Shown here: positions 52,293 to 62,871 of the stretch, one piece after another
How positions within the stretch are numbered: position 1 is the stretch's first letter
How the letters are laid out: each line of letters starts with the position of its first letter
NCBI GenBank assembly: GCA_034439575.1
Contig: JAWXAQ010000022.1
Location: 99,684 to 163,683 of the forward strand
Source: Leptospira sp.
GTDB taxonomy: Bacteria > Spirochaetota > Leptospiria > Leptospirales > Leptospiraceae
Length of the DNA: 64,000 nucleotides
Reading direction: 5' to 3'
Notes under the pieces: generated by a model
Databases searched by the model: none
What the model was told of the DNA's origin: nothing
Seen by the model: only the letters and a program-made list of their open reading frames with translations
Translations under genes and position numbers: made by a program

Positions 52293-54323
52293 TTGAACTT
52301 AGTGAAAAAAGACAATTCGCTAAATCAAAAGCAGGAAGAAGCGGCAAAAAGCATTAACGGACCAATCTTAGTGATCGCTGGAGCGGGAACTGGGAAGACG
52401 AAAACGCTTGTTCACCGCATGTTTCATTTAGTAGAAAATGGTACTTCTCCTGAATCAATTTTACTCCTAACCTTTACGAAACGAGCCGCTCTGGAAATGC
52501 TTAGCCGAGCTAGTTCTCTATTGGACCATAGAATGGAAAAAGTGCAAGGTGGAACGTTTCACGGATTTTCCCATCTTTTTTTGCGTAAATATGGATCAGC
52601 TGTTAGTATTCCATCTAATTTTTCCATTTTAGATATAGAAGATGCGGAACAATTGGTCGGAATCGCGAGAGAAGAAATACTTTCGAATGCTACGAGCAAA
52701 CGATTTCCTAAAAAAGAGACCTTACTTGAAATCATTTCCACTTCTTTTAATGCAAATTTATCTCTAGAAAAAGTCATTCAAAAAGATTTTCCTCAATTTA
52801 TTAGAGAATTAAAGGAAATATATAAAATCAAAGAACGATTCGAAGAACTGAAATGGAAATCAAATTGTTTAGATTTTGATGATTTACTCCTCTATACTAG
52901 AAAAATCCTTGTAGAATTCAAACATATCAGAGAACAAATTTCTATCAAATACAAATCTGTGCTTGTGGATGAATACCAAGACACAAATAAAATCCAGGCA
53001 CATATCGCCTGTTTATTGGCGAGTGAACATAATAATATAATGGTTGTTGGCGATGATGCCCAGAGCATTTACAAATTCCGAGGGGCTGACGTTCGCAATA
53101 TTTTAGATTTTCCGAAAATTTTCCCAGATACTAAGTTGATTGTTTTGGAAGAGAATTATCGTAGCACAAAAGGCATATTAAATTTAGCAAATGTTTGTCT
53201 TTCTAAGTTCAAAGAAAAATATGATAAACGCCTTTTTACAAAAAATACGGATATTGATTCTCTTCCCAATCTTTCTACTTTTACTTCAAGGGAAAAAGAA
53301 AGCACGTCTATTTGTGACCAAATTCTTTCCCAAAACGAAAACGGGATCAAATTTTCTGAAATCGCCATTTTAACTAGATCTGGTTGGCATTCAAATTTGA
53401 TCGAACTTGAATTAGGTGCAAGAAATATCCCTTTTAAAAAATTTGGAGGCCGTCGATTTTTAGACCAAGCGCATGTAAAGGATATGATCGCCTACCTTCG
53501 CGTGCTCATCAACCCACTAGATTTTATCGCATGGAATCGGATTTTACTTTTGGAAGAATCTGTCGGACCCAAACAAGCATTTTTACTCATCCAAACTATA
53601 CAAAAGTTAGATTCAGATTTTTTCGCTAAACCGGTTTGGCGAGAAGAATCATTTTGGATGAATTTTACCAAGGAAGCCAAAGACAATTTAAATCAATTAT
53701 TGGAGTTCCTCTTCCGTTGTAAGGATAAATTCGATGCACCTACATTGGCAATTTTCGAAGAGATTTTAAATTATTATCTTCCTATACTCAAATTAAAATT
53801 TGATGACCATGAAAAACGAAGCCAAGATTTGGAAACATTGAAGCTCATTGCTAATCAAAGAACTTCCTTACTTGAATTCCTTGCTACACTCACACTTGAT
53901 CCTACTGAGTCCTACGGAAATCATGGAAAAATTGATCGAGAAGAAGAAGGATTCGTAACAATTTCTACAATACATTCAGCCAAAGGTTTGGAATGGGAAA
54001 GTGTATTTATGATCAATATGTTAGATGGTGATTTCCCTTCTAGTCGCATCAAAACTCTTGAAGATCTAGAAGAAGAACGAAGGCTTTTTTATGTTGGAGT
54101 CACAAGAGCGAAACGCTTATTAAATTTTTCTGTGGCTCTTGTAAATGAAGGCAATCAAACGCAATTACGACCTTTATCTCGGTTTTTACAAGAAATTTCA
54201 GCCGATCATTTTAAGCTCATAGAAGAAGACATAGAAAAAACCAATGCGCAATCGCTACTTACGCATGAAAAAAATAATTCAGGAAAGACTTTTGATCAGA
54301 TTCAATCCTACTTTTTGAATTGA
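52293..54323 (+). CDS. uvrD: UvrD/PcrA/Rep family DNA helicase (start probably TTG 52293 or GTG 52302)
   Basis: AGAGTGKT, TFTKRAA, DEYQD, VGDDAQSIY.FRG, NYRS, TIHSAKGLE, EERRLFYVGVTRA. Confidence 0.92.
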   Translation: MNLVKKDNSLNQKQEEAAKSINGPILVIAGAGTGKTKTLVHRMFHLVENGTSPESILLLTFTKRAALEMLSRASSLLDHRMEKVQGGTFHGFSHLFLRKYGSAVSIPSNFSILDIEDAEQLVGIAREEILSNATSKRFPKKETLLEIISTSFNANLSLEKVIQKDFPQFIRELKEIYKIKERFEELKWKSNCLDFDDLLLYTRKILVEFKHIREQISIKYKSVLVDEYQDTNKIQAHIACLLASEHNNIMVVGDDAQSIYKFRGADVRNILDFPKIFPDTKLIVLEENYRSTKGILNLANVCLSKFKEKYDKRLFTKNTDIDSLPNLSTFTSREKESTSICDQILSQNENGIKFSEIAILTRSGWHSNLIELELGARNIPFKKFGGRRFLDQAHVKDMIAYLRVLINPLDFIAWNRILLLEESVGPKQAFLLIQTIQKLDSDFFAKPVWREESFWMNFTKEAKDNLNQLLEFLFRCKDKFDAPTLAIFEEILNYYLPILKLKFDDHEKRSQDLETLKLIANQRTSLLEFLATLTLDPTESYGNHGKIDREEEGFVTISTIHSAKGLEWESVFMINMLDGDFPSSRIKTLEDLEEERRLFYVGVTRAKRLLNFSVALVNEGNQTQLRPLSRFLQEISADHFKLIEEDIEKTNAQSLLTHEKNNSGKTFDQIQSYFLN

Positions 54324-54371
54324 TTTTTAAATCGTTTCCAGTTTAATTATGTTTTAAATTTGGAGGTTCTC

Positions 54372-54953
54372 ATGATTCTACTCTCTTTTCAGAGGGCATT
54401 GTTCTTAATTCTTATTAGTTTTACATTTTTGTTAGTTAACTGTTCTTCCACTGATACAAAAACTGGGGATTCAAACACAGATTCGGCGCAATCTACAGAA
54501 AACCAGGCTAAAGAAAAAAAAGTCGCAAACATTGATGTGAGTGATCCAAATAAAACCGATCCGAAGGCTAGCAAGGGTTGCGTGGAAGGCGATTGTGTCA
54601 ATGGCATTGGCAAATACATTTATGAAAATGGAGATGTATACTCTGGTTCGTTCAAAAATGACAAAAGAGACGGACAGGGAAAATTTGATTATGTTGACGG
54701 TGAAAAATTTTCTGGAAGTTATATAGAAGATAATCGTGAAGGTGCAGGAGAGTATTTATTTAAAAACGGAGATAAATACCTCGGAGAATTCAAAGGTGGT
54801 CAAATCAATGGAAAAGGCACATATACTTTTAGTGATGGACGCTCGTTAAATGGAGATTTTAAAAATGATGGTTTGGATGGCAGTGGAACACTCATTGAAA
54901 ATGGCAAACCAAAGGAATGCAAAGTCGCAGCACGTAAGTTAGTCTGCGACTAA
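54372..54953 (+). CDS. MORN-repeat lipoprotein (start re-assigned to ATG 54372)
   Basis: GGAGG RBS, lipobox-like LVNC, repeated Y.G.F.N....G.G.Y...G units. Confidence 0.88.
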   Translation: MILLSFQRALFLILISFTFLLVNCSSTDTKTGDSNTDSAQSTENQAKEKKVANIDVSDPNKTDPKASKGCVEGDCVNGIGKYIYENGDVYSGSFKNDKRDGQGKFDYVDGEKFSGSYIEDNREGAGEYLFKNGDKYLGEFKGGQINGKGTYTFSDGRSLNGDFKNDGLDGSGTLIENGKPKECKVAARKLVCD

Positions 54954-54966
54954 TTGAGACTCTATT

Positions 54967-55000
54967 AAAAACACCAACTTTTAAACAAGTCGGTGTTTTT
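54967..55000. terminator. Bidirectional terminator
   Basis: AAAAACACCAACTT-TTAAAC-AAGTCGGTGTTTTT between convergent genes. Confidence 0.7.
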
Positions 55001-55007
55001 ACATTTC

Positions 55008-55787
55008 TTACAATTTACAATTAGGTACTTTTCCATTTGCGACCGCCTCTGATTTTAATTTCAGAGCTTCGGGCATTTTTTCATTTAACTGCTTCATGCG
55101 AGTTTCATCGGATGGATGAGTAGACATAATTTCATTTGGTTTTCCTCCGCCAAGAGCACTCATATTTTCCCAAAGTTTTATACTTTCTTCTGGATCAAAG
55201 CCTGCTTTCGCCATAATTTCAAGGCCTATCACATCTGCTTCGGATTCATGAGCCCGCGAAAAAGGAAGTAAGATTCCAAACTTAGCCCCGCCACCAAGAA
55301 TACCTGCCATTTCTTTTTTTCCCATTTTGCCTAGTGCTTCCATACCACCTTGCGTCACTTGGTTTTGTGAAATTCTTTCATTTCCATGTCTTGCGATTAC
55401 GTGACCTATTTCATGACCTAGAACAGCTGCTAATTGACCAGTAGTTTTAGTGATAGGAAGGATACCTGTATGTACTCCGATTTTACCACCAGGAAGTGCA
55501 AATGCATTTGGTGTGTTATCTTTAAAAACTACTACTTCCCATGAACTAACACCCGTATCATCTTGTGTTACTTCTAATTCTGCTTGTACAATGCAATTAA
55601 CATATCGATTGATACTTTCACTTTTTTCAATGGGAACTTTACTTTTCATATCAGCAAACGCTTCTTCGCCGAGTTGGTTCATTTCTGGATCTTTCAACAT
55701 GATAAACTGTTTCCTGCCTGTCGGCGAAGTTTTACATGAGAATAGGAACGCAAAAAATAGGAGTAAAAAAGTTAAATAGAATTTCAT
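55008..55787 (-). CDS. M48 family zinc metallopeptidase lipoprotein
   Basis: LFSC lipobox, NAFALPGG, HEIGH, ESEAD, STHP. Confidence 0.93.
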   Translation of the reverse strand: MKFYLTFLLLFFAFLFSCKTSPTGRKQFIMLKDPEMNQLGEEAFADMKSKVPIEKSESINRYVNCIVQAELEVTQDDTGVSSWEVVVFKDNTPNAFALPGGKIGVHTGILPITKTTGQLAAVLGHEIGHVIARHGNERISQNQVTQGGMEALGKMGKKEMAGILGGGAKFGILLPFSRAHESEADVIGLEIMAKAGFDPEESIKLWENMSALGGGKPNEIMSTHPSDETRMKQLNEKMPEALKLKSEAVANGKVPNCKL

Positions 55788-55822
55788 ATTACCTCAAGAT
55801 TTATTTGAATGGTCTTCAAATA

Positions 55823-57928
55823 TTAACTAATCTGTCCAGTAAACTTTTGGAGGAACTGGATCGCATCCTCTGCGGATAATGGTTTCGCTATCAAGTAACC
55901 TTGAATCATATCGCAATCAAATTCTTTTAAAAGATCAAATTGTGCTAACTCTTCAACGCCTTCAGCTACTACTTTTAATCCTAAATCGTGAGACATACGA
56001 ATGATAGAAATAAGAATCAAAGCATCTTTAGAGCCTTTTTTAACCTGATTTAAAAATGATTTATCTATTTTTACTGTAGAGAGAGGCAATTTTTGTAAGT
56101 AAGCTAAGGATGAATAACCTGTCCCAAAATCATCCAGAGAAATTTTGACACCTAAATCTTTCAAATTTTCGAGAATCGGTATAGTTTCTGCCATATTTTT
56201 CATGGCCAAACTTTCTGTAATTTCCACTTGAATCGCTTTAAAAGGAATCTGTAACTTCTCTTGCAATTCAACGATCCAATGGAAAATATTTTGATGATTA
56301 AAAACTTGTGGAGATAAATTGACAGCTACACCGATTGTATCTCCTGTAATTTCTTGAATCGATTTTGTAAAAGCACCGGCTTCTTCTAACACGAATTTTG
56401 TGAGAGGCAAAATTAATCCAGAATTTTCAGCCATAGGTATAAAATCAATTGGTGAAACCATCCCTTTTTTAGGATGTTTCCAGCGAACAAGCGCTTCCCA
56501 ATGGCCAATTTTTTTTGTTAATACATCATATATTGGTTGGTAATAAACTAGAAACTCTTTCTTTTCTAGTCCTTTACTCATATCATTTTGTATTTCTAAC
56601 TGAGAATGTATTTTCTCTTTCATACTTTCTGAAAATAATGATATCATCCCTACATTATTTTCTTTGGTATGAAACATAGCAATCTCTGCATTTCTTAACA
56701 TTTCTTCTGCTTCGCGCCCACCCATACCAAAACCAGCAATCCCGAATGATGATGTGAGAAATATTTCGTAACCTTGGTATGCTATAATTTCTTTCAGTCT
56801 TTCTTTTAGTTTATGTGCAAAATCATTAACATCTTCCACACTCAAAAAATCGACTACTAAGACAGCAAACGAATCTGCTGTTAGGCGAGTTGTTGTCGCA
56901 TTGGTTCCAGAAAATTTATCAATTCTTTCTGCAAAAATTCTTAATACATCGTCACCAGCTTCACTTCCGATGGAATGGTTAATTCGGCGAAAATTATCAA
57001 TATTGATGGAAATGATAACTGGATAACCATTTGAATTTGCATTATATTCGAAAATTCTTTGTTCTATCCTAGCGAGAAAAAGCGCTCGATTTGGCAATTC
57101 TGTTAGGTTATCGTAAAAAGCATCATGAGTGAGTTGGTTTTCGGCTAATTTACGATCTGTTATATCTATCGAAATAGCCACATACTTGAAAATGGACCCA
57201 TCATTTCCTTTAAAGGGAACAATCGTCGTTTCTAGGTGAAAAAAGTTTCCGTCTTTTTTTGTATTTTTGATCTCACCATTCCAAACTTTTCCTTGGCTAA
57301 TGTTTTCCCAAACGGATTTCCAATCATCCTTTGATCTTTCTTGCGATTTTAGAATTCTATGTGAACTTCCAATTAATTCTTCTTCCGTATAACCTGAAAT
57401 TTTTGTTAACTTTTGATTTACGTAAGTAATGATTCCATTAGCATCCGTTATAGATACGATATTCGCTTGGTCCAATGCAAATTTTTGAAATTGAATTTCT
57501 TGCAGGGAGCTTTCTAAATATGTTTGTGTAATTTCTTTCTCTCTTCGAAATATTAGCTCTCTTCTTTCCCTTTCCAAAACTTGAGTTAAGCGAAACAAAC
57601 TTTTTTTATCAATGATATCAGCGGCCCCTACATGCATCAAAGCCAAGGCTTTCGCATTATCTTCGGGTGCAGCTAAGATGATAAATGGGATATCTAAGCC
57701 ATGAGTCTGAATATCTTTGAGTAACTCCAATTCATCCCCTTCTTTGTTCCAATGATAAGATACCAAAACAGCATCCCAATCTTCTTCAAAGATTCGAATT
57801 TTCCATTCTTCCTTATTGGAAATGATTTGGTATAAGGGGGAAAAACCATAAGATTTCAATTCACGGATGATATGAAAGACTTCTTCCTGGTCTGTTGCGA
57901 CAATTAGAATGCTTAGAGAACTTCCCAT
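55823..57928 (-). CDS. REC-PAS-GGDEF-EAL c-di-GMP phosphodiesterase
   Basis: PAS (ITD..G.ITYVN), D.LTELPNR, YQP, EALVRW, EITES, DDFGTGYSS, KIDKSF, EGVE, QGY. Confidence 0.93.
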   Translation of the reverse strand: MGSSLSILIVATDQEEVFHIIRELKSYGFSPLYQIISNKEEWKIRIFEEDWDAVLVSYHWNKEGDELELLKDIQTHGLDIPFIILAAPEDNAKALALMHVGAADIIDKKSLFRLTQVLERERRELIFRREKEITQTYLESSLQEIQFQKFALDQANIVSITDANGIITYVNQKLTKISGYTEEELIGSSHRILKSQERSKDDWKSVWENISQGKVWNGEIKNTKKDGNFFHLETTIVPFKGNDGSIFKYVAISIDITDRKLAENQLTHDAFYDNLTELPNRALFLARIEQRIFEYNANSNGYPVIISINIDNFRRINHSIGSEAGDDVLRIFAERIDKFSGTNATTTRLTADSFAVLVVDFLSVEDVNDFAHKLKERLKEIIAYQGYEIFLTSSFGIAGFGMGGREAEEMLRNAEIAMFHTKENNVGMISLFSESMKEKIHSQLEIQNDMSKGLEKKEFLVYYQPIYDVLTKKIGHWEALVRWKHPKKGMVSPIDFIPMAENSGLILPLTKFVLEEAGAFTKSIQEITGDTIGVAVNLSPQVFNHQNIFHWIVELQEKLQIPFKAIQVEITESLAMKNMAETIPILENLKDLGVKISLDDFGTGYSSLAYLQKLPLSTVKIDKSFLNQVKKGSKDALILISIIRMSHDLGLKVVAEGVEELAQFDLLKEFDCDMIQGYLIAKPLSAEDAIQFLQKFTGQIS

Positions 57929-58027
57929 GATATTGTTTGATCAATGTATGGTATTTTCCTTTAGATTACAAGAAAACGAAAAAGAAAATTACTTTTATTT
58001 TAGTGTTTTGTTACGTCCTTTAACATA

Positions 58028-58207
58028 GTGCATCCTAAAATTTTCGAAACAAGCTATATAAAGAAAGAGTATCTGGAACAAGAATTAAAAAAAATGTTAT
58101 TGGATATCAGTGATCTTGACTACCGAAGTTTGAACGAATATGACAAAGGCGGTTTCGATGGATACAATCAGGCTGTAACGGAGATCCTTAAGAAACTCCA
58201 ACACTAG
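58028..58207 (+). CDS. Small hypothetical protein (59 aa)
   Basis: GTG...TAG open frame MHPKIFETSYIKKEYLEQELKKMLLDISDLDYRSLNEYDKGGFDGYNQAVTEILKKLQH in a 387-nt intergenic gap. No clear RBS. Confidence 0.5.
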   Translation: MHPKIFETSYIKKEYLEQELKKMLLDISDLDYRSLNEYDKGGFDGYNQAVTEILKKLQH

Positions 58208-58315
58208 GGAAAAACCAGTAAATTGCAGAAAAAAATGACGAATCTCCATCTTCTACAAAAAGTCTTTACAAAATAGTGGGAAGTCTAGAGACTTATAAAG
58301 CTAGCAGGAAGTTCA

Positions 58316-58639
58316 ATGAATTTCACAACAAAACAAGTAAAAAATCATACAGTCGTTACTCTCGAAGGCTCTCTCGATATCTATTCCGCTCCCGCTCTCA
58401 AAAAAGAACTTCATAAGATTATAGATGATGGCGCTGAATCAGTCGCGATCGATATGGTGAATATCAAATTGTTGGATTCCTCTGGAATTGCATTACTTGC
58501 GAATTTACAAAAAAAATTGAAATCAGAAGAAGGCACATTTTTCCTTTTGAATGTGAGTCAAGATGTGATGGTGATCCTCAAACTTTCTAGTTTGGATAAA
58601 TTTTTTACAATCCTTGCAGGCGAAGCGGAACTTCCATAA
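58316..58639 (+). CDS. STAS domain anti-sigma factor antagonist
   Basis: LEGSLDIYSAP, LLDSSGIA phospho-Ser motif, ILKLSSLDKFF. Confidence 0.93.
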   Translation: MNFTTKQVKNHTVVTLEGSLDIYSAPALKKELHKIIDDGAESVAIDMVNIKLLDSSGIALLANLQKKLKSEEGTFFLLNVSQDVMVILKLSSLDKFFTILAGEAELP

Positions 58640-58650
58640 TACAATCTTCC

Positions 58651-60219
58651 CTATCGGACTCTAATTTCTTTTAGATTAGAGTCGTTCAATTCAACTCCAG
58701 CGTTTCCTTTCACAGACCATAAACCATCTTCGGATCGTTTCATACTTTCTACTTTCAATTCATCTCCGCTGACCGAAACCACTACAAATTTAAAATTCTG
58801 ATCCCCACCATTCGGATTTATGGAAGCTATCATTTCTAATGGTACAGCTAATTTAAACGCTCCAAGATTCAAACTAGCAAGTGTGCCATCAGAACTTAAG
58901 TTCTCACATAACACATTTCTCCCGTCCTTCATTTTTACTAACAATTTGGAAACATTGGTTTTCTTTTCGGGTTCTGTCTTTTTGACAATTGGTTTTGTTA
59001 ATTCTTCCGACACAGTTCTTTCTGATGCGATGATATCTTCTTTCGCCACAGGAATATTTTCTTCTTTAACTACAGTTAATAGCTTTTTAGTTTCTTCTTT
59101 GGATTCAACGAGTGATTCTTTTAAACTGTCTTTAATCTCGGTTAGTTCCTTGCCTTCCTCTGAATTGACATCAGTATTTTCAGCTTTTAGGATTTTCTCA
59201 ACAATGAGGGGTTTTAAAACCAAAGACTTTCCCTCTTCAATCTGTGTGGCCGCTTTCGTATCACCTAATTTTGTCGCTTCAGATTTTGAAAACTCAACGA
59301 GAGATTTGTTTTCTTGATAAAAACTTCCAATCAGTAACAACCTTCTATTGGCGCGAATGGAAACTTCTTTGTTTTCTTTTTGTTTGACGAGTTGGATGTA
59401 TTCTTTTACTGCATTGGAAGTACGGCCCAATTCTTCCATTGATCGGGCTTTGATATAGGATTGATCATTTGTTAGTTTAGGTAAACTTTCGAGGTTCTTT
59501 AGTGTGGCTTCGTAATCACCAGCCTGGAAACTAGCAATGGCTCTTTCTTCTGGTTTTTTGTTTGCCAAATTAAAAGCAGATTTACTTTTTTCACCATCGT
59601 TTAAAAAACTGATCAATAGATCCGCATTTTCTGCATAATGTGTCCCTGGAAATAAATCCTTTGCCTTGGTTAATTTAACAAAGGCGTTGTCTCTATCGCC
59701 CATCATCACCAAACAATAGCCATGATGAAGCAGTGCGAAGGCATGTTCGTCTGCAAGGGAACCACTTAAAACTTCTTCCAATTCTTCATATTTTTTTGAA
59801 GCGATTGAAAATTTCCGAGTACGTTCCATATAAAAAGCAAATTGTAATCGAATGATTGTTTTTTGTTGTTCCTCTAATTCTAAAAATGGTTTAAAATTCA
59901 AAGCGCGAACTGAGTTTATAACTATCAAACCAAACTTATCTTGCCAAGCCATTTCAAGCTCTACACCCTTGGTTTCAGAATTCATAATCCCTGATTCCAA
60001 TACATTGACCTTTACTTCTTGGAGATAATCGTCTTTTGATAAAAACATTTGTTTGAGACGTTCGCGTAACGTTTGTGAGGATAGCTCATAGTTCATGAGT
60101 TGGTCTCTTAAAATTCCAAACCTCAATTCTTGTAATTTGACACTAACAATTGCTTGCGAGGCAATGGCAAAAAATACAAATAATAGAACAAAAAGAGAAT
60201 AAAATAAAATCTTTCTCAT
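58651..60219 (-). CDS. Membrane-anchored TPR-containing hypothetical protein
   Basis: N-terminal TM; TPR-like ALLHHGYC...A...L....DLFPGT; overlaps the stop of the PP2C gene. Confidence 0.7.
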   Translation of the reverse strand: MRKILFYSLFVLLFVFFAIASQAIVSVKLQELRFGILRDQLMNYELSSQTLRERLKQMFLSKDDYLQEVKVNVLESGIMNSETKGVELEMAWQDKFGLIVINSVRALNFKPFLELEEQQKTIIRLQFAFYMERTRKFSIASKKYEELEEVLSGSLADEHAFALLHHGYCLVMMGDRDNAFVKLTKAKDLFPGTHYAENADLLISFLNDGEKSKSAFNLANKKPEERAIASFQAGDYEATLKNLESLPKLTNDQSYIKARSMEELGRTSNAVKEYIQLVKQKENKEVSIRANRRLLLIGSFYQENKSLVEFSKSEATKLGDTKAATQIEEGKSLVLKPLIVEKILKAENTDVNSEEGKELTEIKDSLKESLVESKEETKKLLTVVKEENIPVAKEDIIASERTVSEELTKPIVKKTEPEKKTNVSKLLVKMKDGRNVLCENLSSDGTLASLNLGAFKLAVPLEMIASINPNGGDQNFKFVVVSVSGDELKVESMKRSEDGLWSVKGNAGVELNDSNLKEIRVR

Positions 60220-61742
60220 GTTGGAATTTCGAGAATGATCATTGTCACATCATCTTTATATTCTTCATGCAGGCGATCTAGATCCGCCATAGCCATATCC
60301 ACAATTTCATTGTTTGGTTTATTAATATTTTCTAATACCAAATTGGCGAAACGATCTAGCCCATATAAACCGCCTTCTTTTAAAGGAGTTTCTACCACAC
60401 CATCAGTATAAAGTATGATTTTATCACCAGGTTTCACTTCAAATTCATCTAAAGTATAAACTATATCATCACCCATTCCTAGCGGTGGTCCTGAACTATC
60501 GATATATCTTAATTCTTTGGTAGATGGTCGAATGATAAAGGGTGCGTTGTGTCCAGCGTTTACAAATTTTGCAATACCTGGTTCATTCAAAACAACAAAG
60601 ACTCCTGTTGCAAAAAAAGAGGCTTGTAGTCGATTTGCAATTGTCTCACCTAATTGATTAATAGCGAGAATTGGATCGTGATTTTCTTTCATTATCCCTT
60701 GTAACGACATTGCCATAACAACTGTAACTAGTGCTGCAGAAACTCCGTGACCAGATGCGTCAGCTAAGAAAAAACCATAAAATTCTTTGTTATCCCCTTC
60801 CTCATAGTGAAAGTATTGATAAATATCGCCGGAAACTTCCCGCATTGGTCTATAGATTTTGCCAATATTGAATTTTTTATATTTTTTGTTAGGTGGTAAA
60901 AATAATTCTTGTACTTCCTTCCCAATCTGCAGTTCTTGGTTAATTTCATCATTTAACCTAGTGATGGTATTCACTTTATTCTCTATTTCTTCGGCCATAC
61001 TATTAAAGGAACGACCCAAATTATCTAATTCATCTTCGTTTTTGAAACCCCAAGAAATTCGAGTTTGAAGGTTTCCTTCAGCCATATTTTTTGAAGCTGT
61101 TTCAAGAATTCCGACCCTTCGAAAAATCGCTCGATAAACAAGAATTGCAAATATTAAGTGAAAAACGATACCCCAAATAACCGCATAAGCCACTTGTATA
61201 TAAAGCTGTTTTAATCTTTCTTGGATGGATGAAATATTAAAATGAGTAAAAAGAAAAACCTCTTCGCCTTTTGCGGAACGAATTGGCAGGAGGAAATTGA
61301 CTGTGAAGTCATCTTCATTTAAATCCAAACTATAACGTGCTTTAAATAGGCTTCCTTCTTTATCTGATGATACGTCTTTTGATTTTTTGATTAAGACATC
61401 AGATACTTTTTTTACCTGATTCTCTCCCTCTGGTTCATGCAACCAGACTTCACCATCACTTTGAAAAATCGTAAAAGTACTAATATCATACAACTTCAAT
61501 GTTTTGCGAAAAATAGAAAAAGCTTCATCCTTTTGTCGATTTAGGCCAATTGTCTGTAAATCAGCGAGAATGGTATTAGCCAAATTCTCTGATTGAAACT
61601 GAAAATTTTTGAGTAATAGATCAGATTGATTTTCAAAGATCATAACAGTAAAAAATATGATATTTAAAAAGGCCAAAAGAGAATAAAAAAGCCCGATTTT
61701 GAATCTGAGTGAATTGGTTGTTTTGATTTTACTTTTCGTCAC
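60216..61742 (-). CDS. Membrane HAMP-SpoIIE (PP2C) serine phosphatase
   Basis: Two TMs, HAMP (DELDNLGRSFNSM), VSGDIY, ADASGHGVSAA, NAGH, YTDGVVE, DDVT. Confidence 0.93.
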   Translation of the reverse strand: MTKSKIKTTNSLRFKIGLFYSLLAFLNIIFFTVMIFENQSDLLLKNFQFQSENLANTILADLQTIGLNRQKDEAFSIFRKTLKLYDISTFTIFQSDGEVWLHEPEGENQVKKVSDVLIKKSKDVSSDKEGSLFKARYSLDLNEDDFTVNFLLPIRSAKGEEVFLFTHFNISSIQERLKQLYIQVAYAVIWGIVFHLIFAILVYRAIFRRVGILETASKNMAEGNLQTRISWGFKNEDELDNLGRSFNSMAEEIENKVNTITRLNDEINQELQIGKEVQELFLPPNKKYKKFNIGKIYRPMREVSGDIYQYFHYEEGDNKEFYGFFLADASGHGVSAALVTVVMAMSLQGIMKENHDPILAINQLGETIANRLQASFFATGVFVVLNEPGIAKFVNAGHNAPFIIRPSTKELRYIDSSGPPLGMGDDIVYTLDEFEVKPGDKIILYTDGVVETPLKEGGLYGLDRFANLVLENINKPNNEIVDMAMADLDRLHEEYKDDVTMIILEIPT

Positions 61743-61806
61743 GGTCGCTAGAGATATTGTCGATAATAATAAGGGATAAATCTATCATAAAAATATAGAT
61801 TTCCTT

Positions 61807-62871
61807 TTGGATAGAAGATTGCGTATTAAAAAAAACATAAAAATCAAATTACGTAATCTATTCATTTTACTCATATTTTTTATCTACCCAAGCCTTACAG
61901 CAGATAAACTGAAATGGAAAGATGGGACTACAAGCATTGGCAAAGCAATCAATGTAACAGGTACTCATGTTGAGTGGCAAGAACGTGGTCGTGTAAAAAA
62001 GATATCGCTTAGTGAAATTGATGGCATAGAAGTCGGATATGACGGCGTTTCGGTATGTGCTGAATTTCTTCCGAACTCTCAAATCAATTGCGATTTGATT
62101 TTACACAAACTTACTAAAACTTCAGCCTCATTTACGACAAAAGATTCCCCTTTAAAACTAGATGTAGTTAAACTTGCTAAAATCAATAAATTGGAAATAA
62201 ATTTTACAGAAAAGGAAGACTATAGCCTTTTTATAGATTCTGGAATTTCGGGTTTTTTTGAAACTACTTCGTTTAAGGGCAATGGGTATTTGGTTTCCAA
62301 CCAAAATAAAATATGGGAGATTCGCCCAGATGATAAAAAGCTACCAATACAAAAAATAAATGATGGAGAACTGCTTCGATTTGAATTGGTTAAAAAGGCA
62401 GCAATTTCCGAATTTATAACGACTAACACGCCAAAGATTATACCAGGCTTTGCACCCGCGAAAGAAAAAAAATATTGGAAAAGTGCATTTCTATTCGGAG
62501 GTTCCTTGTTATCTGGACTCGGTATGGTTTACGAATACAATGCCGCAGTCAATGCTATCAACGATGACATAGAATACATTCCCGCTCCCGATGGTCGAAT
62601 TTATATAGTAAGTAATGTTTTATCAAATGATCGATATGAATTTCATAACCAAAGATTTCAAATCTACGCGGCAGTCTTTACTGGATTTATCGCCTACTCT
62701 CTGTTGGACGCATTCTATTTAGGTCAAGTTGAATCAAATAAGGGAAATTCTAATTCTGTTTGGTTAAAACCAAGTATCATTCCGACAGTCTTTGCAAAAG
62801 ATAGGATGTATCCTTTATTGGGGAATATGAATACTTTGAATTACCAATTGGAAATCGAAACTAGATTTTAG
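61807..62871 (+). CDS. Exported/membrane hypothetical protein
   Basis: Signal-like N-terminus, DKLKWKDG beta domain, IIPGF...TM hairpin, C-terminal Phe. Confidence 0.65.
   Translation: MDRRLRIKKNIKIKLRNLFILLIFFIYPSLTADKLKWKDGTTSIGKAINVTGTHVEWQERGRVKKISLSEIDGIEVGYDGVSVCAEFLPNSQINCDLILHKLTKTSASFTTKDSPLKLDVVKLAKINKLEINFTEKEDYSLFIDSGISGFFETTSFKGNGYLVSNQNKIWEIRPDDKKLPIQKINDGELLRFELVKKAAISEFITTNTPKIIPGFAPAKEKKYWKSAFLFGGSLLSGLGMVYEYNAAVNAINDDIEYIPAPDGRIYIVSNVLSNDRYEFHNQRFQIYAAVFTGFIAYSLLDAFYLGQVESNKGNSNSVWLKPSIIPTVFAKDRMYPLLGNMNTLNYQLEIETRF

Noticed and set aside
54580-54900. Repetitive DNA suggesting a CRISPR or tandem array
   Set aside because: It is protein-level MORN repeat coding sequence. 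No identical spaced repeats or cas genes were seen anywhere in the window.
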